Below, one piece after another: positions 42,220 to 55,289 of a stretch of 64,000 bases of DNA. This DNA comes from Octopus vulgaris (taxonomy: Eukaryota). How positions within the stretch are numbered: the stretch's first letter is position 1; the number at the start of each line of letters is the position of its first letter. The translations under genes were made by a program, and so were the position numbers. The DNA is taken from contig OX597819.1 of assembly GCA_951406725.2 (NCBI GenBank), forward strand, positions 46,562,001 through 46,626,000. Reading direction: 5' to 3'. The notes below the pieces were generated by a model. It was given only the letters and a program-made list of their open reading frames with translations. It did not search any database and had not been told where the DNA came from.

Positions 42220-43920
42220 GAGAGCGCTTGAGAAAATGAGTCGGAGAGCGAGAGTAAGTGGGAGGTAGAGAATGAAAGACATAGAGTAAAAAGTAAATAA
42301 GAAGAGAGACAGACAGACAGACAGCCGGCGAGGAGAAGTGAATGGGGAGAAATCCGAAAATGAAAGTGAAAGTAGCGATATAAAGATAAAGAGTCAGACA
42401 AAGAGGGGGAAAGAGAGCCAAGGAGAGATGAAGAGACTTAATAGGTAGGCATATAGATATAAAGAGAAGTGAGAAAGAGGGATTTAGAGAGAAAGGGAGA
42501 GGAGGAAAGACAGAGAGAAACCTATTATAAATGTCTCGTAGTAACGATTCCACCGAATCATGAAAATATAATACAGAATTAAAATGAAGAGGTGGATAGG
42601 TTGGAAAAATAAAAAAAAACAACAGCATAAAAGAAGTTATAGAGGTAGAAGACAGGGAGAGAAAGAGAGAGAGAGAGAGAGAGAATGATTTACCGAAAGC
42701 GAGAAAGATAGTGGAATTGAAAGAGGAAGACATGTTAGCGATCTGATGGTGTAAGGTGGTGATGTATACAATGGTTGATCAAAATAGCTTAGAGAAATAA
42801 AAGAGAGACGGAGTGAGGAGAGGGAAGGTGGAAGAAAGAGAGAAATTAAAGAGTGTGAGGGAGTGAGAGGATGGGTGAGAGAATAATGTGAGTGAGTGAG
42901 ACGGGAGGAGGAGCAAAAGAGTAATGAGAGGGAGAGAGAGTGATGAAGATATAGATAGGGAGATAGTGAGAGAGGGAGGGAAGGAGAGATAGAAAGATAG
43001 TGAGATAGAGAACAGGAGATTGGAAAAAAGAAAGATAAACAGAAAGAGCGGAGAGACGGAAAGATGGAAAACTAGTGAGAGTGAGGGAGGGTTAGGGAGA
43101 TGGAGAGATGGAAAGAAAGACAGGGAGATAGAGAAGTAGAACGATAGACAGAGACTTAGAAGGATGGAAAATGGAGAGAAAGGAGAAAATGTTTACATAA
43201 GTGAGGTAAGTCTAAAAGCAAGAGTAAGTGAGAGATGGAGAGATAGAGAAGAAGAGCTGGGGAGTTTAGATAGCTAGACAGCCAAATACAGAGAGGAAGA
43301 GATGAAGAAGAAAAGAGAGGGAGAGAGAAGCGAAGAGAGAGATGTAAAAGCAGGGACATAGAAGGAGACAGGGAGAAGCAGAGTAATAGAAAGATGGAGA
43401 GAACGAGGAATGGTGTCATGGAGAGACAGAGAGAAGAAGAGGTGGAGAGAATCATGTGGAGAGTGTAAATGAGATATAGGGTAATAAGATGGAAAGAGGG
43501 AAGATAGAGAGCTTGTGATATGAGGGAAGAGAGGGAGACGACAAGAGGAAGAGAGATAGTGAGCGATAGAGAGAAGACGAGAGGTACAGAGAAGACAAGG
43601 AGATAGGGAGAGAGAGAGACAAAAAGAAAGCAAAAGAGTGAGAAGGAGAGACGGTGAGACGGAGATACAGAAAGGGGATAAAGTGGTCGAGGGAGAGGGG
43701 AGAGCTGCAGAATTAGAGACACGGTGAGATAGGGAGAAGATAGGAGGTACAAAGAAGACAAGGAGATAGGGAGAGAGAGAGAGAGAAACAAAAAGAAAAA
43801 AAAGGTAGAGGAGAGAAGGAGAGACGGCGAGACGGAGATTCAGAAAGAGCATAAAGTGGTCGAGGGAGAAAGGAGAGCTGCAGAACTAGAGATATGGTGA
43901 GATGTAAAAATGGAGAGGTA
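42220..43920 (+). repeat. Polypurine low-complexity tract with a ~170 bp tandem duplication (43570-43903)
   Basis: A/G-dominated strand; GAGGTACA.AGAAGACAAGGAGATAGGG...AAAGTGGTCGAGGGAGA..GGAGAGCTGCAGAA occurs twice. Confidence 0.9.
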
Positions 43921-43999
43921 TTTATTGGTTGTGTGTTTGGGTGTATGTTTACCAATGTGTTTGTGTGTGTGTCTGTATCTGTGTACGTGCGCATGTGTC

Positions 44000-44205
44000 T
44001 GTATGCACATGTAATTGTGGATATGCATATATCTGCATGTGTGTGTGTGTGAGCATATCTGTGTGCACATGTAATTGTGGATGTGCATGTATGTGTGTGT
44101 GTGAGCATGTAGCTGTGTGCACATGTAATTGTGGATGTGCATGTATGTGTGTGTGTGTGAGCATGTAGCTGTGTGCACATGTAATTGTGGATATGCATGT
44201 ATGTG
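44000..44205. repeat. Minisatellite, ~55 bp unit x4
   Basis: GCACATGTAATTGTGGAT(A/G)TGCAT repeated four times. Confidence 0.9.
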
Positions 44206-44818
44206 TGTGTGTGTGTGTGTGTGTGTATGTTTGTGCATGTATGTTTGTATGTGTGCATGTGTGAGTGTGGTTGAGAATTGAGAGTAAGATAGTAAGATTG
44301 CATGTCTGAGACGTAAAGACAAAGAGAAATGGAGAGAGTGAGAATATGAGAAGGAGGGGAAAGTATGAATGAGAGTAGGAGTGTAAGGTCGTGAAAAGGA
44401 CAGAGAGAGAGAGAGAGAGTGAAGTGAGAGGAGAGAGAGGGGGAGAGAGGTAGAGGCTCAGGACGAAAGTGGAGGTTCCATATTTGTTGGAGATATGATT
44501 GTTGTTTGTTTTTTGTTCTTAATGTTTGTAGTTGTTGTTGTTGTTGTTATTGTTTCTTGCCGCTGATGTTGTTCTTCGTCGCCTTCAAGTTGAGGCTGTT
44601 GTTGTTGTTGTTGTTGTTGTATTTGCTTTTGTTGTTGCTGTTGTTGTTGTTGTTGTTGTTTATGTTGTTGATATTGCTGTTGCTAATGTTGTCTCTCCGG
44701 CTGTTCTTTATCTTCATCTCCTTGAAGACGTTATTGTTGCTGTTGTTATTGTTGATAGTCTTTATCTTCGTCTTCTTAACGTTCTTGTTAATAATGTTGT
44801 TGTCTTTGCTGCTGCTGC

Positions 44819-44864
<46 letters not shown>

Positions 44865-45683
44865 ATTGTTATTGTTGTTGTTTTGCTCTCCGTTGATAGA
44901 AGCTGATTTTTGCCATTCCTCCTTTCGGGGTCGATAAAATAAGTACCAGTTGACCATAGCTCTGCTAAGAAGCAAAATCTATGTTCAAAATCATTCCGGC
45001 CGTGACCACGCCACCTTTAATTATCTCGTTGTACATAGTACTACGTTGTCCAATATATCCTTTTCTAAAGGCAATAGGGAATATATTGAGGAAGAGATAG
45101 CTGCTATTTCTAACAGGTCAAGCTACCACAACCATCCCCTCAATCATTCGCAGATTTATAGGATTTTAAAGTGAGAGGGGGAGAGCAGAAAATACAGAGA
45201 CAGAGAGAGACAGAGAGAGAGAGAGATTTTAACTGTGTATATGTAATTGCAAGCACGTATGTATGTGCGTGTGTGTATGTGTGTGTGTGTGTGTGTGTGT
45301 ATGTTGTTGTATGTGTTTGTATATATGCGTCAGTACGTGTATTTGTGTATGGAGATAGTGTGAAGTGTATGTGAAAATGCATGCTTCTATATGTGTGTGA
45401 ATGTATGAATGTTTTTGTGGTATATGCGTCTTTACATGCAAGTGTGTATGTGTGCATGTGACGTATGCATACGTGAATTTGTATATGTATGCGTGTATAG
45501 GTGTACGAGTGTGTGTATGTATGAATGTATGAATATCGCTGTATGTCTCTATGTGTATATGAGTGTACGCGCCTTGACGTTTGTGTGTATTGGTATCTTT
45601 GAGCGTATGTGTATCTATGTGCGTGTAAATTTGTGTGCTTGTGCGTGCGTAATGTACATGTGTATGGATGTGCATTTGAGTAT

Positions 45684-45742
<59 letters not shown>

Positions 45743-46328
45743 TATTTGTATGTATAACGATAGCGTCTGTGCGATTCAGAGACAGATTTGCTGGTACTTG
45801 AAAATGAAAAAATAAAGCAAATGAAATAAACATGGAATCAAGACATCGATATCCAGAGAACGAGGGGGGAGAGAGGAAAAGACAGAGGAGGAAAAAGTAA
45901 TGCAATGAAGGTGGAGGGGGGCGAGGTGAAGAGGAAGGCCAATGCATCGGGAGAGTGCCATGGTAACTCAGTCACACAGAGAAAAAGTAGAGAATAATAG
46001 AGAGAGAGAGAAGGAAAGAGGGGAGAAAGAGGTGGAGAAGGAGGGAGAGGGAAAGAAAGAGTGAAAAAAGTAAAAAATCGAGAGGATTAAGGAAGGAAGA
46101 AAGAAAGAAAGAAAGAAAGGAAGGAAGGAAACGAGAATTGAGGGAAAAGGTGTGAAAAATAATAAATTGTGAAAGATAAAAGACAAATATTCTAGAAAAA
46201 TAGAAATCTAGAAATTATGAGAGAGAGAATAACGAGAGGAGAAGCAAAAGAAGAGAGATTTACGTACAAAGTCTTAATAGACGGGGTGTGTGTGTATATA
46301 TATATATATACTTGCATAGATATATACT

Positions 46329-46360
<32 letters not shown>

Positions 46361-46408
46361 CTTGCATAGATATATACTTGCATAGACATATACTTGCATA
46401 TATATATA

Positions 46409-46451
<43 letters not shown>

Positions 46452-46782
46452 GTTGCTTCATTAGACTGAACTGAAATTTGAGCACTCAATACCTAGAGGC
46501 TGGCTGTTCAAAGGCAGACCGAGAGTTTCATTGTTAAAACTGCATGTTTTACCATCACATGCATGCATGCGACGGTTCTGTCGTGATTTATTCAAACAGA
46601 ACGAGGTTGTTATTAATGCTTATGGGCAATATATGAGACTATATGCCGCTCGATTGGTTCCAATTGCTTGGTCCTATAGCTCATACAATTCACACATCAG
46701 CATACACATGAATATGTGTGTGTGTGTGTAGAATCCTAAATCTGATTTTTTCCCTGTAAATTTGGATTTATTCCCTAATATT

Positions 46783-46847
<65 letters not shown>

Positions 46848-47602
46848 CTTTGCTTCAAACTCCATATACCAAGTGGTACACATACGTATATATAAATAAA
46901 TAAAGCATTATATATATATATATATATATATATATACGTAAATGTCGAACGACGAGAATGAGTACCCAAGACAGTATTGGTGTCATGTTAAGAAATATTT
47001 CTCAATGTCTTAAAAATTTTTCAAGCCGTTCACGTGGAGGAATGCTTTTTGTCTCCATAAGCATAACTGTGCAGACACACACCTATATATGCAGTCATGT
47101 GCACCAAGTCTGACATAAAAGTGTATGTGTGTGTATGTGTCGTGTCTGTGCGTGCGTGCGTACGTATCTCATTTGGTAGTGGTGTGAGTGTGGTGCGAGG
47201 TAGAGTTTCCTCAAAATGTATACATTTGCCAGATTTCCAGATCTCGTATGTCAGACAGAGGAATGAGTGTATTCCTAAGGATTAAACATTTTATCCGACG
47301 CACAGATGCCAGCTTATGTTATTTCACTTTTATATAATCTAGTATTCTCCCGTTTATGCTGAAAGTTGTCAATGTCCTTGAATTATTAATTAATTATCGT
47401 TGCGTCATTCAATACAAACTTATATATATATATATATAAATGATTGAATGGTACATGCAAAATGAAATACTAGTGTGGTGTCGTACTAGTATGACCGTTA
47501 GTCTATGCAAATTGCACTGAAACAGGGTTCAAGGATTAGACTGCTTGTTTGAATTAGCTGTAAATATTGGACATTGGAAGCCGAGGAACCTGCTTATATA
47601 TA

Positions 47603-47662
47603 TATTCATATATACACATATTCATACACACAGATATATCCATATATATGTATATGTTCGTG

Positions 47663-47694
<32 letters not shown>

Positions 47695-48757
47695 TGTAGG
47701 TGTACATGTATATAAGTAGAGAGAGAGAGACAATGTATCTTTTATTCATGTACTATATTACTTGTTTCAATTATTGCACTGTGGCCATGATTGTGCATCT
47801 CCTTAAAGGTTTTTGTCCATCAAATTGAACCCAGTACCTACTTTTGAACGACATGAAATTCACGAAAAAAAAAACCCGATTTGCGCATATCTTTTGATAT
47901 GAACGTGAGACTCTAGAAGATTAGGATCGTGGAACGAGGATAGATTAACTGAGAGGTGTGGGAAGGTTTGAAGGAAACAGACACGAAGATAAAAGAGCGA
48001 AATGCAGAAGACAGAAACACAACTGATAAATAGTGACGAATGAGAATTGATTCTGTTTTAGGTGTAGACTGATGAGAGTTGAGATCTTACAGTGTCAAAC
48101 CACATGATAAAAATGCGAATTATAAACTATGATGAAGATAAGAAGAGATTAATTTTAGTTTGAATTTATTAGTCGAACGTAGTTTTTCTCTGTTAGGGGA
48201 CATTTGAAGCGATCATATATTCATGTTCATATTCAATAGCTGGGAGTCAATACTTTATGTACGACTTTGTTTTTCAAATTCCAGAGATACTCAGAGTGCA
48301 TTGTTGTACCTCTTTTCTTCAAGACTGAATGAAATGTTATATTAACTATACTTGGATATAAAGTTATTCTCTATAACTATATAGCTCTTTTTATGTTACT
48401 TATTTAGCCCTAAATACAGTATATAACTATATACTGGACGATTTATTGCTCTGCTGATAACGGTGGCGCTTTGCTGACATCCTATCATTCAGAAGTTCGG
48501 CAAAAAACCCCAGTAGAATGAGCACCATACTTTAAAAAGTAGGTACTGGGTTCAAGTTGATGAACGAAAACCTTTAAGGAGATGCTCAATCATGGCCACA
48601 GTGCAATAACTGAAACAAGTAATATAGTATATGAATAAAGGATACATTGTCTCTCTCTACATATATACATGTACACATAAATACATGAATATATATACAC
48701 AAACATATACATGTATATGGATATATCTGTGTGTATGAATATGCGTATATATGAATA
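47603..48757. repeat. Local inverted duplication (47603-47847 / 48534-48757)
   Basis: A SINE tail plus adjacent non-SINE flank is present in both orientations. Confidence 0.85.
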
Positions 48758-48785
48758 AATATAAATATATACATATATATATAGT

Positions 48786-49040
48786 GAAGGTGCATGGCTC
48801 AATGGTTAGAGCGTCGAGCTTACGGCCGTGAGGTTGTGAGTCCGCATCCTGGACCGGGCTGCGAGTTGTGTTCTTAAGCAAGACACTTTATTTCACGTTG
48901 CTACAGTTCACTCAGCTGTAGGAATGAATTGCGACCTCACCGATGCCAAGGTGTATCGGACTTTGCCTTTTCCTTGGATGACATCGGTGGCGTGGAGAGG
49001 GGAGGCTGGTATGCATTCGTGACCGAAGGGGTCTCCGCAA
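48786..49040 (+). mobile_element. SINE with family B head and a different 3' region
   Basis: TGGCTCAATGGTTAGAGCG head and GTTGTGTTCTTAAGCAAGACACTTTATTTCACGTTGC shared with 23309; tail differs. Confidence 0.7.
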
Positions 49041-49366
49041 TATATATATATATATACATATATATGCACACACGCTTACACACACACACTGATATATATG
49101 TGCGCGTGCGTGTGCGTGTGTGTGCGCGCATGTGTCTGTGATGTGTGTGAGCGACGTATGATAATCTATAGAAAAACGAAATTGAGAAACCGTAGATAGA
49201 AAATTAGATAAGATATAGATAAAGATATAGATGCCTAGATATCAAGCGGAACGTATGTCGCTGTCACACATTGGACATATGTACTTATGCATAAATATGT
49301 ATGTCTATGCATACTCACAGACAGACATACACTTTCAAGCATATATACATACGTATGGATATATAT

Positions 49367-49432
<66 letters not shown>

Positions 49433-51351
49433 TGATAGATATATAGATAGATATAGATACGTATGCAAGAACGTATGTGTGTGAGTATGTATGCGTATGT
49501 TTTATATACACTTAAGTGTATATGTCTGCATGTATGTTTGTGTGTATAAATATACATGCGTGTGTGTGTGCGCGCTCGCGTGCATATGTAGAATGAAGGA
49601 AAAAGAAAAAGGTTGAAAATACAGTAGAAAAGGAGTGAAAAAAAAGTGGAAGGAAAGAAAAAGAAAGAAAAGGAAAGAAAGAAAGAAAGGAAGGATGGTA
49701 AAAAGAAGCAGACGATAAGAAATAGAAGTAATACGTAAGTAAAGAGTGAAATATAATTTTGTCATATAACGACATCTTAATTTAGAACCCAAGAACTTCT
49801 TAACTATTTATTTTCGCTTTCGTTGTTGTATTATTCTTTTTGTCTACTTTTTTCATTTTGCATTTTTTTTCTTTTTCTTGTTCACTGAAAACAACTTCAA
49901 TTAATAGAAGGCAATTAAACTAAAATATGAATGTTTCATAGAAACCTCACGTTTGAAAATTCAACCATTTTTCTAATACTCGATAAGAAAACATAAAATT
50001 TCGACAAGATTGAATGTTCGCAATTACACTGCCAACGACCTCCTAACGAGTGATATATGCGTCACAGCTATTTTTCCGAGAGAGATCATCAAAAATAGGC
50101 CTTTGGCAATTTAGGAAGCAAGAGAAAACAATAGTTTCTTTCAAAACAAAATTAGAAAACAGAAAAGAAAACGAAAATAAAAGAAAAGTCAAGAAGAAAA
50201 AATGGCGAAAACATAAGTGAAAAATAAAATAAAGAAGAGAAAAACAAGGAAAATTTTCAACAAAAAATTTATCAAATTCAACGAGTTATATCAGAGAGGG
50301 TATGAAAAAGATTATTACAGCTTAACCTTTACAAAATGTATGCAAAATGGGTCGTTGCAGGGAAGTGTTTTCAACGCCACTTATTACAGAATAACTTATA
50401 GGCGCCACTAAAACGTTTTGAACACTAATCACCAAAATGACATCCTAGCAGACGAGAAATTATATTTTTTTTCTTCCCATAGGTGGCGCCACCCTTGAGC
50501 TATTCAACCGTTGTCTTCGACCAAAGCCAATAATTATCTTCCATCATTCTGAAATTTTCTTTACGGCAATTTATTTAGTATGGCATCTGATTAGCATAGT
50601 ACAGCTTGTGCAATTAAGACTCTTTCTCCTCATCCCCCTGTTCTTCCTCCACTTTATCTCCTTTTTTTTCTACTTCTTTTTCTGTCTGTCTCTCTCTCTC
50701 TCTGTTTCTCTCTCCCTTTCTCTATCTCTACCTATCTGTCTATCTATCTTTCTCTTCTAGCTGTGTCTCTCCCTCTCAAACTGATAAACCAGTGTTACTG
50801 CAAAAATTCTAGACAACAGCAAATTAGAGTTATGAAAATTTACAGTTGATGTACCGATTTTTATTGGTAAATTTATTGTGTTGTTTTTTTTTCTTTTTAG
50901 TTTCTAATTTGATTTATTTTCTTATTTTTGTAGGCGGAGTAATAGATTTTTCCATAAACGAACGCATAATTCTGCATCGGTTCAAAACTTATCATTCAAT
51001 TAGTCCTGGCTGTTATATTTTCATTGCTTTCATATTTTTGATATTTACAGATTAACAGACACAGCAGCTGGCTGGGTGGATATGAAGTCACCTGCCTGCT
51101 GAATGAATTCTGTCCACGGTAACAATGACACACAATTCTCAAAGACTTTAAGACATCTTGCTGTCAATAAATACAGAAAATTTGGCACAACAGCGTTGGA
51201 ATCAGTAAATGACTATGTATATGGCGAGAGTACTTACTACTCAGAAAGAAAGAAATAACGCATGTAACCTATACAAAGCTCTGCAAAACTGGAGAACATG
51301 ATCATCTCGTAGAATATAATATGGTTATTATTCAGTTTAAAATGTTATTGC

Positions 51352-51591
51352 TTAATCGTATTGCTACAATATTTCTGGTGAAGTACACTGCTTTTGTTTC
51401 CATTCATTTAGAAAATAATGAATTAATACAAGAATTTAGTAATATAACTTCATCATTATTAAGCTGGTATTTGGAATATAAATTATTATGAAAATTTGAT
51501 GGAAGCTTTTAATTTAGATCTCTTTAAAATACAAATTTTGAATCATAGAATCAAGGCGTGTTCAGGGTTGCGTGGTATCAAAAGGGCTTAA
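51352..51591. mobile_element. Possible decayed piggyBac-type MITE
   Basis: TTAA at both ends; right end GGTATCAAAAGGGCTTAA; left end degenerate. Confidence 0.35.
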
Positions 51592-51871
51592 TGTTAAAGA
51601 TTAATATTGTATGAGCTTCGAATGGTTTAATGTTGATTGTGTATTCCAGGGCATTTTCGTCATAGAAAACGTTCTGCATTAGAAAAACTACAAACGAGAT
51701 AGAAAAAATGGAAACGAGATGAAAATCGTTAACTGTTCTTCTATACAGTAAACTTGGGATTCTAGTGTATTTTCACAGGTTTTTTTAAATAAATTTATCG
51801 TTCATGAAAAGAACAAAACTTTGGGAAATGCTTATCTGTGAAGTTCAATTCAATAGTAGATTCTAATTTTG

Positions 51872-52062
51872 ACACGCGGCCAGCAATTTCGGGGAAGGGT
51901 TTAAATCGCTTACATCGACCCCAGTGTTCCACTGATACTTATTTTATCGACCCCGTAGGGATGAAAAGTCAACTTAGGCGACATATGAACTCGCAACGAA
52001 AGGTCGGAAGAAATGCCGCTAAGCATTTTATTCCGGCACAGTAATGATTCTGCCAACCCACC
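51872..52062 (-). mobile_element. Nin/Deu-domain-like SINE (family C); other fragments near 1295, 22020, 39950, 44890
   Basis: Minus strand reads TTCATCCCTACGGGGTCGATAAAATAAGTATCAG; 44915-44950 reads CCTTTCGGGGTCGATAAAATAAGTACCAG. Both resemble the Nin/Deu central domain as I recall it. Confidence 0.62.
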
Positions 52063-52499
52063 ATCTATGAGGATCAATTTGATAATATGGACCTTGGAGT
52101 GAACCTTCGAAAGAAGTCGTTCAGTGAAGCAATTTAAGAGAAGATATTTTACTCAGGCAAATGTATAGTGTACGATGAATTATGCAACGTTTTGGGTTCA
52201 TCAGCTTGAAGGCCCGAGTTGAATCTACCTTTCTATACAGGAGATTTTATCAGCTGAAAAGCTGGAGTAATACGGAAATAATAAAAGGTAACTAATTCCT
52301 TTTTCTTTTCATTTGTAGCAAATATTGTGAAGGAAAGTGTATAATTCATTTAAGTGAGCCCAATGTGGCACTGCTACTTATTACATCAGCTTCTGGAGGA
52401 CGAAAGCCATACACAATCGCAAAAGGGGTTTTCAAAGTATAACATCAATCCAATTCTCTAAAACATTTATCTTGGTTCTCTAGTTTTTCTTCCTCACCA

Positions 52500-52544
52500 C
52501 TCGACAATATATTAACAATATTATTGTTGTTATTATTATTATTA

Positions 52545-52581
<37 letters not shown>

Positions 52582-52625
52582 TCGACAATATATTAACAAT
52601 ATTATTGTTGTTATTATTATTATTA

Positions 52626-52695
<70 letters not shown>
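52500..52695. repeat. (ATT)n array with an 81 bp higher-order duplication
   Basis: CTCGACAATATATTAACAATATTATTGTTGTT occurs at 52500 and 52581. Confidence 0.9.
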
Positions 52696-52697
<2 letters not shown>

Positions 52698-53711
52698 CTT
52701 CTTCTAATTGCAAGTTTACTATTAGGTTTCCTTTAAAATTTCCAGAACCAGAGTCTACAGCGAAATTTAAGTAATGTTTTACAATCACAGATCATACCAT
52801 ACTTCAACTTGTACAGATTCACTGCGAAAAATAAATAATTTAGTCTTTATTTCGAAGAGGTCATGTGCAGAATGAAATAAAAATTTTATTACCAAAAAAT
52901 ACAAAAACAACCAAAATAAAAAAAAATGAAATAAATTTATTTTCTTTAAAATAAAATCCACTGTAATTCTTCAAAAATATTGCAAGAATTAATTAATTTT
53001 GCAGTCTTGAATAGTTTATTGCGTTTATTGCAAGAATTAATTTATTTCAATATTTCTAAGATGACAAGAAAATATTCACTTGTATGTCTTGAAGTCATTC
53101 TAACAATATTTAAAGACGAATGTTGTGTGTTTGTTTAACTGCCAATGAATTGGTGTACTTTTCACTGTCAACAGTTGACAAAAATAAATCCACCATATTT
53201 GCTTCACAGCTCAATTACTGAAAAACTCTGACAATCTTTATAGAATAATAAATAGGAATTGTTTATTTCGTGATTTGTATAACGAACATATTTAAATATT
53301 TATATTTATTTTATTTTTCTAAAACTGGTTTGGAAAGGAAGAACGAAGTAGAGTTCTACTCTATAGTAGTCAGATCTTTGTAATAAGCCAATTAGTTTTC
53401 ACCATTGCATTAAATTATCTTCGCTCTGTATTATTATAGGATTTGTAGGCCAAGTCCACAACTTTAGTTTATTCACTTACATTGCTAAAGTCTCAAATTA
53501 ATATCACAATTTCCATTTCCTTTCAAATTAAAATCAAAAAACATTTATACACACGTAGGGAAGTTGACAAAAGAAAGACACAAGTGTGTGTGAGTGGAGG
53601 AAGGGGTATTCTCTTCTAGTTTTAATCATTTAAAGTCTTCCTGCAAGGAAAGAGCTGCTTTGTAGAAAAGCTACAAACATCCATCTTTGAGAAGTGAATA
53701 ACAAAACAAAT

Positions 53712-54000
53712 TCACATTTTAAACTTGAGACGAGTCTTGCACATTTTTACTATTCCGCTTACAGTCTATATTTGTAATGTGCGTGTTAGCTGATTGATTT
53801 CTTATTTAGAAAAGCACAGCTTTCCCAGATGTCGCTTAGGCAATTACTCACAAAATTAAATGTACCATTTATTATTGGTATAAATATGAATCTATTTGTA
53901 ACCTGAGTAAAGAAGCTGGATGATTCAAAGCAGTTGTCCAAAGTTATCCTCTTTCTCTTTGATTTTCAAAAAGATATTCCCATCAGCATGGCAGCTGTAA
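53712..54000 (-). pseudogene. R4/Dong-like RLE C-terminal fragment
   Basis: SCHADGNIFLKIKEKEDNFGQLL...FIFIPII...VSGIVKMCKT, homologous to 36340-36610. Confidence 0.75.
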
Positions 54001-54040
54001 CAATATCTGTGTTTGGCAGGAGAGTATGCATGCATGTACG

Positions 54041-54100
<60 letters not shown>

Positions 54101-54156
54101 TATGTTTTCCAGTTTCAGCTCTTGAGCTGTGGCCATGCTGGGGCACCGCCATATAC

Positions 54157-54337
54157 ATATACTTTATTAAAAAGCAGCAAAGATATCACAAAACCTGTTA
54201 CTCAGAGTTTCACGTTCCCGTTCGTCGAACAGTTTTGTTCAGAATACAAAACTGTCCGAGGAACGGGAACGTGGAACTCTGAGTAACATATTTTGCGATA
54301 TTTTTTATGCTTTTTAATAAAGCATATTACTCTACCT

Positions 54338-54340
<3 letters not shown>
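54157..54340. mobile_element. Fold-back element 4 with minimal hammerhead motifs
   Basis: Inverted repeat 54157-54327. Consensus CUGU-(C/U)CGACGA-ACG-GGAA-CGU-GAAAC-UCUGA-GUA-ACAG at 54195-54232 (-) and 54252-54288 (+). AAUAAA lies downstream on both arms; (TA)n follows. Confidence 0.7.
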
Positions 54341-54418
<78 letters not shown>

Positions 54419-54467
54419 AAAACAAGTCAAGATAGAAAATGCTAAAATCATTTTATAAAGAACATTT

Positions 54468-54505
54468 CAGTACCGGTTTCAGTCATTTTGAGACCTTTTC
54501 AACTG
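54468..54505 (-). ncRNA. Degenerate hammerhead-like motif
   Basis: CAG-UUGAAAA-GGUC-loop-GACU-GAAAC-CG-GUA-CUG. Confidence 0.4.
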
Positions 54506-54660
54506 TAACGATTAAATAATTAAATTTAGAAAAATTAAAAGAAAATTTTTTTTTAAAGAATATTTGTATAGTGTTCAAATATAAGTGGCATTTTCCTTGT
54601 TTCTGCCTTTCTCTGTCTCTCTTGTTTACACTTGTGGGTTCGAGGTCGTTGTGAATTCTA

Positions 54661-54691
<31 letters not shown>

Positions 54692-54742
54692 GCATGCATA
54701 CAGACAGACAGACAGACATATATATATATATGTATGTATATA

Positions 54743-54778
<36 letters not shown>

Positions 54779-54797
54779 TATACGCAACTCAAAAATG

Positions 54798-55171
54798 TTA
54801 CTTGTTTTAGTCCCTAGACCGCGGCCATCCTGAAGCCCACCCTGAAGTGTTTACTTATTTTTATAAATCTGCTACGTATTCGATCAGTCTCTTTGGCCGA
54901 ACCTCAATGTTACACAAGCCAACACCGGTTGGAACGGGTCGTTGGGGACAAACAAACATTCACACACACATACAAACATAGACACATTCGTCTATCCATA
55001 CACATACACACACGACGGGCTTCCATTCAGTTTCCATCCAACAAATTCACTCAGACGGCATTGGTCGTCGCAGGGCTACAATAGGAGGCACTTGCCCAAG
55101 GTGTCGCGGAGTGGTACTGATCCCTAAATCACGTGGTTGCAAAGCGGGCTTGTTAACCACACACAGTCATG
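54798..55171 (-). mobile_element. Diverged SINE family A copy
   Basis: CACGACGGGCTTCCATTCAGTTTCCATC...CACTTGCCCAAGGTGTCGCG. Confidence 0.8.
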
Positions 55172-55289
55172 TGTCTGTCTGTCTGTTTGTCTGTCTGTAT
55201 GTATGTATGTATGTATGTATGTATGTATGTATTTACGTATGTATACTCACTCTACTATCGTTCCACGAACAGATTTCACTCGAAATTTA

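Noticed and set aside
43156-43852. Hydrophobic 190-210 aa membrane-protein-like ORFs
   Set aside because: Product of the pyrimidine-rich strand of the GA tract.
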